Part shown: positions 37,041 to 50,498 of the stretch, piece by piece | Numbering within the stretch: the first letter of the stretch is position 1 | Layout: each line of letters begins with the position of its first letter | Translations under genes and position numbers: made by a program | NCBI RefSeq assembly: GCF_964355755.1 | Contig: NC_092672.1 | Span: 24,937,237 to 25,001,236 of the forward strand | DNA length: 64,000 bases | Source: Antedon mediterranea | Taxonomy: Eukaryota > Animalia > Echinodermata | Direction of reading: 5' to 3' | Notes under the pieces: generated by a model | Database searches by the model: none | Seen by the model: the letters and a program-made list of their open reading frames with translations, nothing else | What the model was told of the DNA's origin: nothing

Positions 37041-39126
37041 CTGTGTCAAACATGATGTAAAGTAAATTTGTGTTTGGTTTATCTGTTGGCCCTGGCTGTT
37101 GTTTGAACTTGGACTACATTAATCTAATAACCTTTGCCTTAGTTTACTGTTTGTTTGTCACCCTCTTATTTCCCCTTAGTAATATCATCTGATAAACTTA
37201 AAGCAAATATTAAACCAGGCTTTGTTGCACTATTGTACCATTAAATATAGTAGGTTTATTTATACTTTTTTAAACACTCTAAAGTAAAATTCACAATAAA
37301 CTTTTTACAGTTTGTCTTCTGTCTTTATACAATTTTGTTTCATTATTACTATCAACCAAATTACAAAATAGTGTATAATTTACTTTATTAATATTTAAAA
37401 CCAAAGTTGTTTTTTTAAATCTTTAAATTCAACGATCAAAGTCTTTTATCAAATTGTTTGTTGACTGATTAGTAATTGTGCTCTGTATTTTATTTACTAT
37501 AAATTTATAAAAATTGACAAATTATATTATCATTCAAGCAATATAAGTTTTCTATTTTTTATACACAATAAACGTTAGTCTTTGAAGAATTTCATTTCGT
37601 TTCAAAGTGTATCAAAGAAAGAGAAAAACGGAGAGTACTTTCCTCCATGCTCAAACGTTTAAATCTCTATATGAAATCTTTATCAACTCACGTCATGACA
37701 TCATCAGTTGTTGATGATGTTGTATTGAAGGTTATGCGGTCCCTGGCCAGGTGAGAATGCAATTAGGTGATTGTACAGATTGTTCATTGTTTTATCTATC
37801 TTCCTTCTAATGTTTGACTTTCTAATTGACTCTGTCTATCTTTCCATTTTGTTTCCTTAGATAGGATGTTTTCCTCCCATTTTGGTACATGATTTTCACC
37901 TGGCCAGGTACCGTACAACCTCCAATCTAAAACCGGAAGAGGCGTACGACGTCAGCATCCTTTAATAATTCACCTTTGACACAGAATGTGATAGAGTTAA
38001 GTTATGAATCATTGTTATGTTGTTCAAAGATCTAGAGCCAAAAAATATCTATTCTATTATTGGAATAGCATTCAGTAGGATCAACACAATTTCAGTAGGT
38101 ATTTGATTTTCACATTAATTTTCATTTTTTCTTAACTTAAATTTTCTTATCGTGTGCTTCAGTTTGTATCATTTATACTCGTTTTTATTACAACAGAAAA
38201 TGTATTTAAATAAAAATGTAACATTGAATGCAAAACTTTCTTTTGTTTTGTTGATTGACAGCTTTAATTGAATCCATAATGAAAAAAAAACAAAAAAACT
38301 CTGGCATATAGTAATGTAGAAAATATAAATAAGTGAATATTTACAATTAAAACAAATTTATAAATTTACAAACTACCCATTAACAATGCTGAAGTATCCA
38401 AATACAGTGTGTTTTGTAAGGACCTTTTGTTATCACTATTAGTGGTTGCAGGTTACTTGGGCACCTGATTTACAAACACCTATACATTTATGTTGATATT
38501 GTTTTTGTTATCCTAACTCCAGGGAAGTGACTTGAGTTTCTGGCAGTGGCACTCTTTGTTGTAATGTTCATTTGAATAATGTCTTGTATGAACCTCATCT
38601 CATTCAGTGATTGTATTATAGTATTTTGTCTAATTTCAAGTACAATTATATAATTGTATTTTTACAAGACCTTAATCAGTCATTATTAGAGTTTACCTGA
38701 GGTACCTTGATACACCTTGTTTGATTTACCTAAAATAGTAATTCACGTTGGTTTGTAGTTCTAATCAACTATTAATGATAAGAACAAAGCAAACACTAAG
38801 TCACGCTATGTTGTAATTTGTATAGAATCCATTGAATTGCACTGGTTATCACTATATAAATAATGATATAAAAGTGTTTGGTCTTCTGTACAACAACCAC
38901 TTGCATTCAACTTTTGAAGAGGAAACGTTGCATATTTTGGATTTCTTTTATTTTAGCATTGCTCCACTGTAAGTGTTGTAGGTCTAAAAATATTATAATA
39001 TTATTTGATAGAGGAGGCAGTGGTTGAGGAAATTGTTGATAGATGAGGCATTGTATTATATATTTACTCTATTTCAACATCATGTTCAGTACTTGTAGTC
39101 CTAGTACTGTATTTATATTGATTATT

Positions 39127-39707
39127 GTCAAAATTAGAGGAAGGAGTAGTATTTAGGTTGAGTTTAAAGCCACAATCTGCAGATGATCCTCTAATGATGT
39201 GACGAGCTGTCAAATTAGAGGGAGGGGTAGTATTTAGGTTGAGTTTAAAGCCACAATCTACAAATGATCCTCTAATGATGTGATGAGCTGTCAAATTAGA
39301 GGGAGGGGTAGTATTTAGGTTGAGTTTAAAGCCACAATCTGCAGATGATCCTCTAATGATGTGACGAGCTGTCAAATTAGAGGGAGGGGTAGTATTTAGG
39401 TCGAGTATAAAGCCACAATCTACAAATGATCCTCTAATGATGTGATGAGCTGTCATATTAGAGGAAGGGATAGTATTTAGGTTGAGTTTAAAGCCACAAT
39501 CTACAAATGATCCTCTAATGATGTGATGAGCTGTCAAATTAGAGGGAGGGGTAGTATTTAGGTTGAGTTTAAAGCCACAATCTACAAATGATCCTCTAAT
39601 GATGTGATGAGCTGTCAAATTAGAGGGAGGGGTAGTATTTAGCTTGAGTTTAAAGCCACAATCTGCAAATGATCCCAATGATTGCTTCATTCTGTGATGA
39701 GTTGTCA
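39127..39707. repeat. 81-bp minisatellite (about 7 units)
   Basis: Unit GTCAAATTAGAGGGAGGGGTAGTATTTAGG...GATGAGCT with period 81. Confidence 0.95.
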
Positions 39708-39920
39708 CACAAGTTTCTTTTTATCATTAAGTATCTACTACTAGTATTCAAATAATAATATTATCATCATGTTTTTATGTCTGTGAATAGAAGCTGAGTA
39801 TTTATAAATGCAGTTTACTTTAATATAAAAATATTTTTATTTGAATTGAAAATTTGTTTTTTTTTTATAATTTAAACAAGCATACATTGTTTTTGCATTT
39901 TCTTTCAGTTTAGCAATACA

Positions 39921-39971
39921 ATGGATCTCCATGGATGGCTGCTTCAACTTTGTGCAGAAAATGGTCTTAAG
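39921..39971 (+). CDS. Ankyrin-repeat protein, coding exon 1
   Basis: TTTCTTTCAG acceptor (39908), ATG at 39921, MDLHGWLLQLCAENGLK, phase-0 donor AAG|GTAGGC. Confidence 0.65.
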
Positions 39972-40599
39972 GTAGGCAAGTTTACACTGTTTTAGGATAA
40001 TAGCATTTAACCAGCAACAATTTAAGCAACACTATCACAACTATCAACAACTTAATAAACTGTTCTATTAGCTTATGATCTGGAATCAAAAGAGAACTAA
40101 AACAAGTAACTAAATAAAATAAATAGTGACAACAAATTTAACTTACAGTATCACAATGGATCACAATAATCACTGTAGTGCTTATATGGCTGTTGGCTCA
40201 TTTGATGTGATTGTTTTGCTTTAATTATTTGACCAGCATATCAACACATTAACATACAATACAACATAGAGATGAAAAATGCTGGGAAGGGGCAGCTTAA
40301 GTAAAATACATTACTGTAAATCAAATGAGCCAGCTACCCCTCATACAAAAATAAATTTAAAAAAAAAAATTAAATACAAATTTCATTAAAATTAATGTAA
40401 ATACAAAATTTAAGACCAGAAGAAAAAAAACTTATTTATTTGGGCAATTTAATATTATTATTATAATGATATTTATAATATAATGGCTGTAATTTAATAC
40501 AACATGAAATGTATGTTGTTGTCTATGTTTACTATAGTATATGTATTTTAATGAAAAATGTAACTGAATGCATATTGATCTATATGTTTTATTTCATAG

Positions 40600-40674
40600 A
40601 TTGCAAGAGAAAAAACTGCTGAAGAAATTTGCCATTTCATTGTCCGCAACAATGCTGTCAACATCAAGGACCAG
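40600..40674 (+). CDS. Ankyrin-repeat protein, coding exon 2
   Basis: TTTCATAG|IAREKTAEEICHFIVRNNAVNIKDQ|GTAGGC, 75 nt, phase 0-0; ends in the ankyrin VN.KD motif leading into DGDTAL. Confidence 0.75.
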
Positions 40675-43600
40675 GTAGGCCTATACATCAATTTGTGTTC
40701 CTTTGTAATGAATTTGATAATACAAACCTTAAATTACTTGACACTAATTAAAGTGCATCAATACTAATTTGTTTTTAAGATCTTTTATAAGTGCCTTACG
40801 CCTGCTCCTTAATAAACCTAGGTCATGCAGTGCCAGCACCATGTTTGTAGAAAACCACATCTGCTCGTTCTACGAACTACTACGTAAGGTGGTGTTTGGC
40901 ATGTTGTGCAGGTTAGGGAGGTCAGACAATATTGTCATAAAATGTATTCATGAATTTGCTTTTCCTTCATCCAATCTACATAGTAGATGGATGAATCTAT
41001 TGTTCTAACCATGACTATGTAGCATAGGTTTTTTTTATATATCTACATATATATGTATTTGTTATATTTGCAATAATGTACACTAATTTGTTACCGTACT
41101 CGAACTATGGAGAATTTTTTTTTGCCGAAATAAAAGATGAATGAATGAATAAGTGTTCTCTGGTTGCATATTTGCAGTTAACATTCACACTGATTGTTAA
41201 AAGCATCATATTTGTTTCACTTCTTGAGCATTTTTTAGTGTTAAAAAGTATATTGTGTGTTTATATCTTATCTTAGCTGTCTGTTAGATGGTTTGTCAAT
41301 ATAATTTAGTACATTAGTCTTTCAGTACAATTTGCTTAGACAATTTGATTGGCTAATACCCGATTTGAATAATGGCTTGGTTGTAATTAATTTCAGAATC
41401 TGAACAATGATATAATTATTCATCTGTTGAACAAATAACTAAACAAACTTCATATTAAAGAAATATATACATCACTGAAAAAAAAAATACAAGGCACAAG
41501 GCAGTGAAAAAAAGGATGAACAGGTGTCAAACACTTCTATCCACATTGGACCCCTTGTACCCCTTGTACAAATAACAAAACATAAAACACAAACATTTAG
41601 GATATAAAAATAGCTGAAATGGTATTATTTTCAGTTTCATATATAAAGCACACAGACGCAAAATACCAACATTTACGACCTGGCCACAACAAGCATAATG
41701 GAGGTACACATCTAATTGGTGACAGTGGTTTAGGCTGCTTTTGTGCTTTCCTGGTAGCTAGTGACTATGATTTTATATTTTCTTCTTGCATCGTGTTTGT
41801 TTAATTTGTTGATTTGTATTATATTTTGTAAAATGTATCTTTTGCTTGAATAAATAATAATAAAAAATATAATACCTACAATGGGAAAAGATAATACCCA
41901 TGTGCATGTAATGTCAGGGTCAAAGTTATTTAACAATTTTTCTCTCTAAAGTTTACATATAGTTTAATGAATTGTGGAATATTATTGATCTGATACAAAA
42001 CGTTAGTAGATTCCAAATGGGAATAATCCTAAATCCTGAAAAATATGATTAATTTAGGGGATTTAGCTTTACACTTCACAGACTTCTTATTTAATGTTAC
42101 CATTTAAGTTATTGTAAATGTATGCTTCTTTTTTTTCTTGATAAATATAAATATGTCTAAATAAATGTTGAATGAAACTTATAAAGAGACATACTGTAAG
42201 AACAAACAGATTCAGTTCTGGTAACCCTGTATAGCCTTCAGTAGAAAAGTAAAATTATACAAAATTATCAAGATGAATATCATAGATGTCCATATTACAC
42301 ATGCTGCGCCTTGCACGCCTTTCTCCCTAAAATCAGCCACTGATTGTAACATAAAAATAGGTATGATGGTTTATGTGAAATAGTACGACACACACTATTA
42401 TTCAGCTCTATACTAAATTGATTTTAAATATAATCTTTCAGATGATTAAGTCCTACATTATCATTCATGGTTATATTAACAAATATTGCCTATTTTCTCT
42501 CTCTCTTTTGAAAATAGATTACTTTTTTAAGGCAAGTATTTAGCTCATCAGCTTTTGTATTTTTGTTATATGAAAGAACGTATTTCACACAGAAGTTTGA
42601 AACGGTGGGCCCATAACAAACAATTCAATTGTCCATTTATAAAATGTACCATAACATTAACAAACTGACAAAACCTAACCACTTTTAAATAAAACAGCCT
42701 AAAACATGGTAGAACACTGGAGGCCTTTTGCTTCCCCCTCCCTCACCAGTTCCTGAGGCCGATTGTTCAAACTTTGTCACAAACCCCTTTTTCCCCTCCC
42801 TATTTTTAAAGCCTGGATCCGCCTCTGGGATTTATTAACAATTTTGTTGATATGATCATCCCAACATATTAAAGTCTGATGCTATTTTGACACCAAGATC
42901 AGTTAGTGTTCTCTCAAAGATACAACCATTCAACTGATAAAAATATGTGATGAGATGTTTAGAATGTGATATAGAAATAATTTGAAAATTAATTTCCCAT
43001 GTTACTCCATTGAATAAGAACCTCTGAGGCAAATGACAGTCATCAATGGTAATGATTGACTTGTAACATTTTCCCTATTTAAAATATACGTCATAAACCA
43101 ATCATGCAAATTAATATAGATATTGACACAAACTACTTGTAGTAGTTATCAACATGTTGGTGCACTACCCACTGCTTCTTGAGGCTGAAATCAAACCCTA
43201 TCAGCTCAAGCATGTCATGAGTGGTGGTCAGCGCCAAACCCACGCATTTCATAATAAGGTCGGAAAAATGCATTTCGTAGACAACCCTACGATGTTTTTT
43301 GTGAGGTAACAAGGTGTGCAAAATTAATGAGTCAATTTTGACTGACGGAGGACCAAGTTGTAAATTACTCGGAAGTTATTAATAAATATTATTAATCGTT
43401 TAAATGTTTTTTTATCTACTCGACTGATGGTGAATATATAAATAAATTGAAATTTCCCACGGTAGAGGCATGATGGCACCACACGGTGAACCACAATGAA
43501 CTAGTAGTAGTAAATAGGCTTAGGCAAACTTCTAAAAATAAAACGTCCAGTCGAACCAGAAACGATGCCGACAACAAAAGATCGTTAACATTCTAAATAT

Positions 43601-45240
43601 AGTTATCGGAACGTCGATCGCGCACAGACCTAGATTTTTTTTTTTCATATTATGGCCTGGAAAACGCGACGAAGATTTTGTGTCTCATGACATCAAACGC
43701 AATACTCTCTCTCCAAATTAACAGTACCTATACGTAGCACATGTTTTTTTCACTCAAAATTAATTATGGTCGGGGTTAGCTACAGAATACTAGGGCCATT
43801 TTCTTTACACAGTGACATGTCGTAATAATTGGGCCTAGGACTAGGCCTATGTTAAATCTTAACATGGAATATATTTGTTTATGTTTACGTCGGCGTATTT
43901 ATAATTAGCTAAGCCAAGGTAGGAGTAAATAATTTAGCGTAAGCCTAGGCCGCTGAAACTAGACTCCACTCCGATGTCTATTCGGTGCACGATGTCGTCT
44001 CGTCTGGCTAAATTAGGCTAACCACTAACATGTGTCGTCTCCTACTAGGCCTAGCCTAGGTAGGATTTTTAGGCGGCGATTTTAATTAAATTAGTGAACA
44101 GTACATTGTTAATTTCCATTGTCCATGCGTTTTCTAAAAAGGCGATGACAATTTAGGCGCAATAGCACTTTTTTTGTGCACTTCGTGACAAAAGCACCAA
44201 ACTTGGCAGAAACCTTCTTTAGGACCAAACTAACAATTCTAGAAGGGTGCCCAAAAATTTGAACAATTTAATGACGTCATAATGTACAGTATTATGTAAA
44301 AATATCTAAAAAATATAAATTACATAAATATGTCAAGTTTGTTATCAAATCATAGCTTATGACATGTGAAATACTTCTAGCATGAGAAAAATATAATTTC
44401 GCAATATAATGACGTTATCAAGCCACACCCATTATATATTACATAACTTCGTGGGAAAGTTTAAGAAATCAAATTAATATGGCATGTTTGGTATTAAATT
44501 AAAGCTGACATGTACAAAACCACGGAACTATATAAAATATAATTTGAACAATATAATGATGCCATTACTAAAGCCACACCCATTATATAATATTACATAA
44601 CTTTCCAAATTTTGAACTACTGTAGATCATTATAAAGCTCTGTCTACCACTATCAAACTGTATGCGAGAAATAAATGCGATGTGCACATGGTGATGATGA
44701 TATTTGGGCATAGAGCACACTTTTTTTGTCAAACTTATGTAGTGATAGTGTAGACATAGCTTAAGATTGAGCAACATGACAGAAAGATAAACCGCAACAG
44801 GCACAGAACATGAGTTTTAAACTGCCCGGTGATATGCTGAAATTTGATTAATTAATTTGAAACAATAAAGATGAGGAAACATAAGAATATTTAAATTACA
44901 AATAAATTGATTGATATTTAGTCCTTATGACACTCAAATCTTAAAATATTAAACATTAATCCTCTCAACATTTTAAAAATTCTATAAAAATGATATTTAA
45001 TATAATGTTGTTTTACTCTTACTTTGTTCTATATTTATTATTTGTACTGCATGTTTGTGTCTCTGTTGTGTTTGAAATTTAGTTTTGAAATAAATGAGAA
45101 ACCCTTTCAGATTCTGAAATATTTAAAGTTATTGGTGAACTCTACACATCAGTAGGCACATTGTAAATAAACTATAGAAATTGATACCAAGAACTATGTT
45201 TATCCTCTTTCTTTTAGAGATTCAAGAGGGATTTTGTGGA

Positions 45241-45596
45241 TTTTATTTATTTATTTTTATTTTATGTCTTTAGGCAATGTGGCCAAGGATTACCAATAGT
45301 GAATTAATCACTGTCCTATCAGATAGGTGGTAATCCCCCTGATACAGGGGCTATTGTGTGAACCAGTTCACCGGGGTAACTCCCTACTCTTTTTCGAATA
45401 ATGAACTGGGTTCTTTAAAGTACACACAGGTTATAACTGTGTACACTGGACCTACGGTTTATAGTCCTTATCCGAGAAGACTTGTTCCACCACCAGAACT
45501 AGGAGCGATTCGGCCTCGAACCCTTGCCGATGTTGTTGTTGGCTCTTTAGGTACGGTAAACGGCGTCCCTGCCTTAACCGCTCGGCCATATGATAT
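45241..45596 (-). mobile_element. tRNA-derived SINE with Deu/Nin-type core
   Basis: Minus strand: A box TGGCCGAGCGG, B box GGTTCGAGGCC, core TCTTCTCGGATAAGGACTATAAACCG...TTAAAGAACCC...TTCGAAAAAGAGTAGGG, (TAAA)n tail. Confidence 0.8.
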
Positions 45597-46853
45597 GGAT
45601 TCATTTATTTCAAGATGGATGTTCTCAATAATCAACCTTATGGTATAATTTTATAAATGTTTTAGCACTGTGAGTGTGAGAGTGATAATAAACAAACCTA
45701 GTTCACAAAAAAAAATGTGTATAACTATAATAATCTTATTTAATTTAGAATGAAATAGATTAGGGTTATGACTGGTAGATGGTATACATTACAATTCATA
45801 ATAATTGTGATAATATAATTAAGACACACTAGTATCACTATATGCACTAATACATAGTAAACTGGATCAACAAATTAAACTTGTATAAATGATGGCAAAT
45901 AATCACAATAAACTAAGCTTAAAAAATGATTGCTCATTTAACTGGCACATAATTAGTATGTTATGTTCAGGCCTAATTTGTCTTAATTTATGATGATAAC
46001 ATACTGTCTTATCATTTCATAGATTCTAAATGTATATCAAAGCAATGCTGAAAATTAGTATATACAATGTTTGTTATAAAGACATTAAGTTTTAATTGAT
46101 TAATTTTATTGATTTAACAATTTTATTAGATTTATATTTTTTACACGACAAAATAATATGAAAGAAAATATATACTAAATAATTCTGAATAAAAGGAGAG
46201 GTTATGATTACATTGTCAACAATTGTGATGTACAAAATAGAAATGCCTTACACACAAAACACAAACTAATACAGTAGGCCTAAATGATTATAAACAAGCT
46301 ATTACAAGTTGGAGTGGTGTAATTGAATACACACACATAATGCCTACCACAAACACACACTAATAAACAGTAGGCCTAAATCATGGAGATATCTCCATGC
46401 CTAAATGATTATCAACAAGTATGCCTATTACAAGTTGGAGTGGTGCAATTGAATAGTGAAAACCTGTCTTATTAATAACAGCTACAACACAATTTGAAAT
46501 TTAAAATAAATGTTATAGTTTTATACTATAATTACACTTAATAATCCTATAAAGAAAATTGTTTAAAACATGTAGGATAGCTTTTCTTTACACAATAGTT
46601 TGCATTCAATCCAACTATTTGAAAATAAAATTTATCATATAGATGATATAGATAGTATAATAATAATACATTTTACAATGCTTTGTGGAAATAAAAATCA
46701 TTTAAAGTTGATTGTTGTCAATATTGAAAAAAATATTAACTTTTATTAAATTAAGGATATTTATAAGATTATTAGTCATTTTTTTTGGTTAGATATTAAG
46801 GAATATGATGTACATGTTTTGTAACCTTATTTATTATTTAATATTTTCAATAG

Positions 46854-46952
46854 GATGGCGATACAGCATTAATGTGTGCTGCTCTAGCAGGTAATACAAC
46901 CATCTGCCAACTGGTCTTAGATGGTGGAGCTGATGTCAATATGCAGAATAAT
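46854..46952 (+). CDS. Ankyrin-repeat protein, 99-bp single-repeat exon
   Basis: TTTCAATAG|DGDTALMCAALAGNTTICQLVLDGGADVNMQNN|GTAAGT: canonical 33-aa ankyrin repeat, phase 0-0. Confidence 0.93.
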
Positions 46953-47835
46953 GTAAGTCATACACACAGTTTATAACATTAATTTAAACCTTCAGTGAAA
47001 TAAATCAATAAATTGAAACTATTGTTTTTAGAATTTAGATGCTACCACCACTATAAGACTTTAGGAAAATCATATATAATATCTCTATGGGAAGATTAAT
47101 TTAGTTGACAATACACTACTGTAGTATCCATGTTATTATACTATTGTAGTTATGTTATAATAATACCAATTCTCATAACAAACATATTTTAAATATATCT
47201 TGTACATTCTTAAAATGAATAGAATAACACAATACTGGTGTGTATATATAGGTCAATAAAGAAATGATGAATATTATAAGTTATAAACACATGCGTAATA
47301 ACTTATTTTCTTCTTTTTTTACAAATTCTCATACTATTCTGTTTAAATTTGCAATCAAATTTTTTTATTAAGAACATGTATACTTCAAGTTACTTGTTTA
47401 CACACTGTTATACCATAACATTAATATGTGTATTCAATAATATACACATTTATTTTCCATAATTCATTGCCGAATGCTGCTTTAGAAATAAAGTGTGAAA
47501 TGAATTTTACACCACAGTTTTTAAATATTTTTGCTATTGATTATTAATTCCCAGGGTGCTAATTTTAGTTGACTACATAAATCATCGTGTCTATTTATTC
47601 GTTTCTGTAAATGACAATGTATTGTAGTCCTGCGGTACGTACATTTGAAATCGCCAGTTTTGTTACGCTGAAATTACTGTGTATTCGAGAACCATCTGTG
47701 GGCACGATTCGCTCGCGTACCATCTAGTAAAGTAAATTAAAATTGCATTTTCTCGAACTACTTGTCCAAAAAACTTCATTTTTGTACAAGAGTCAAGAGT
47801 TATTATTTGTGATTTAAAAACATAATTAGATTTAA

Positions 47836-48461
47836 AGACCCCTTCCCTGCAATTTTGGACGTTTTTTGGAAAATAATACATATATATCACTTTAAAAACA
47901 TTAAACCATGTCATTCCTTGTCTTAAATGTACGTTTTATGGTAAATTATGATAAAAAGTGAGAAACAATGCACTACCTAAGTAGCTCGCGGCGATCGACC
48001 TCTCGTGGACGGTCTCAGGCCTAGCCTAGCTAGGCTTAGTTTTGTAGGCCTAGCTGGTAAACATCGGTAACGTACGAACATCGTACGCTAGCTATATACC
48101 TAGCCTGACGTTGTATAGTTGCTGCATTAATTGTCTTTCTATTTTTGCCAGACTCCGTTGATACAAATTGGGGAACACCCGGTATTTTCGCTGAAAAGTT
48201 AGGAGTCTTCCATTTGTTTTGGCTTCACGATCGATCGAAAAGTGGGCGAATTACAGGTGAAAAACAAAAATATCAATCCGCGCGCAATGCATTTTGGGAT
48301 TTATAGCGGGCCGCTATAATTATTAAAATCGATTTATTTTTCACATTTTTAACCGTTTAAAGACGAAAAAAGTTATCGCAATAGGACCATATAGTATTAT
48401 TTTTACATTAAATATAGTTTGTGATCTTAAATTAGATCTAAAAAACGTAGGGAATGGGGCT
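47836..48461. mobile_element. Kolobok-like 626-bp MITE, copy 2
   Basis: Same TIR and TTAA TSD as 24758-25383, about 9 substitutions by eye. Confidence 0.88.
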
Positions 48462-50409
48462 TTAATATACAGGTTTTTTGATGCGAGTAGTTGAAAAGGC
48501 TTATTTCTTTTCAAATTCACCCGTGTGTTTTTCGCGTTGCTGTTCTATTGTTAGTCAACTGAAGCTATTGTTAATTGAAAGGCGGGTTACATAACCTTTA
48601 CACCAAACTCGCATACACATTCTTGTAGTGAAATTAGCCTAAATCACACACAGCATTATAAGACACACACTTTCCGGTGACTAAATCTGATGTAGAAGAA
48701 TTTTACAGTAGGCGGAGGTATGCACTCTCGGAGTGTCTTCCTAGTTGTTTATGTGCATACTGTAGTAGGCTACATAATAAGCAGCTCTTAGCACGATCAA
48801 TTGATTGTCTACAAGATTCCAATTGTACAACTCTGTCAATAACCAATGCTAATTACATATAATTCAAGCAGGCAATAGATAACAGAATTGTTTCTATGAA
48901 TTAAAATGCCCACATCAAATATCCAACACAAGTAACAGATTTAATGTCTAAAGTATCATCTCTTTAAAGCCTTACCGAAGAGATTTTTAGTCATATTCTC
49001 TGACAACATACATAGATGAAAAGGTATAGCATGTACTGTATAATGAACACAATGATGATGAAAACAATTATGAAGTATCATATCAAGAAGATATATACTG
49101 TCACACTTTGTAATAAACAATGCACTTTATAACAAGTTTGTATCACTTCGGAATAACCTGTCACTTTGTAACTAATAATTTGTGTGAGAAGTGTGATAAT
49201 TACAGGATATTACAACAATAGTGAAACAGTAAAACAGGATTATATACAAACAATGAGGACATTTTTAATTTAAATAAATGTTCAATATGATTTATAAAGT
49301 TTTATTGTGAGACAAATTTCATTATTATCATATAGCATTCCATTATTCTGTACATTTTCATCAATTTTATCTCCAATAAAGTAATGTTTTTACTTATCTA
49401 TAGTAGAAGGTATGTGATGTATGATATGTACGCCTATTTTTAATAATAGGATTAGGAGGACCAAATCATCAATAGTTGCAAATTGTTAAAAAATGTTGAG
49501 TCTAATTTAATTTTTCATGTTCAATCACAGCTAATGCTATAAGATCATAGAGGTAATCATTGTATTTAACTACTGTGGAGTAGCTTTGTGTCACTTATTA
49601 CTGTTCTATTGATCAGATCACAGTACATAATATCTCTGATTAAAGTGAATTTATTTGTTTCATAATGATTCCTCTACATACTGATCTTAATAAAAATGTC
49701 ATGATGACAATTAATTCATTAGATAAACACACACACACACACATTAAAGTAAATCTGATAAATTGTTGTCTAATGTAAATTATTTTCAAATGTCAAATAG
49801 ATCTAACGTCATTCTAACAGTTTTGTTTCATTTGCTTCTTTATTGTCAATTATTAATATTATTTTTTTTGGGTGCATATTATATACAGTACATACATAAA
49901 TCATTTATATTGCACCTTATCAAAATATTTCAAAGCATATCACAGATAACTAAAACTAAATAGTAAAAAAAAAGAATGTCAAATATTTTGTCTGCTATTT
50001 TTTGCCTTAAATAGTTTTGCTTTATTTATTTTCTTTGGCCTTATATTTATTTTGATCAATATTCTATCTATGCATATAGAACAAACAAAATGCCATAAGT
50101 AAGAAGCAATTTTTATTAACCGATAGAAGCATAATGTATATTTTCAAATGTAAAACAAATCGGAATAGCTCACACAAAACAACAAATTGTACATGTTTTA
50201 TAAAACAATATTTAAAAATGTATTGTTTAGAAAATTAACTGAAGACATTGTTGTGGGTAAATAGGACAAGTAGATCAGAATGCAAGATAATCATTTATTA
50301 TTCAATAGTTGTATAAAACTATAAGATATTTAATCATTTTATTGTATTACGTATTAACATGTTGTACTGTATGTTTTGTAATATTGTTAATGTTTAATAT
50401 ATTCAATAG

Positions 50410-50498
50410 AATGGTCATACAGCATTACATGTTGCTGCTCAAGTGGGCAGTACTGAAATCTGCAATCAGATATGCCTGCATGGCGCAAAATGTTAAAA
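50410..50498 (+). pseudogene. Defective ankyrin exon
   Basis: TTCAATAG|NGHTALHVAAQVGSTEICNQICLHGAKC*; 3' part shortened and donor GT lost (AAATAAGTCATAC versus AATGTAAGTCATAC). Confidence 0.85.

Noticed and set aside
37620-37910. Possible 5' UTR exons ending CCTGGCCAG|GT (also 31520-31583)
   Set aside because: Splice-like signals only; cannot be supported without transcripts
45500-45596. tRNA gene
   Set aside because: A and B boxes are present but there is no cloverleaf, and the sequence continues into a SINE core and tail
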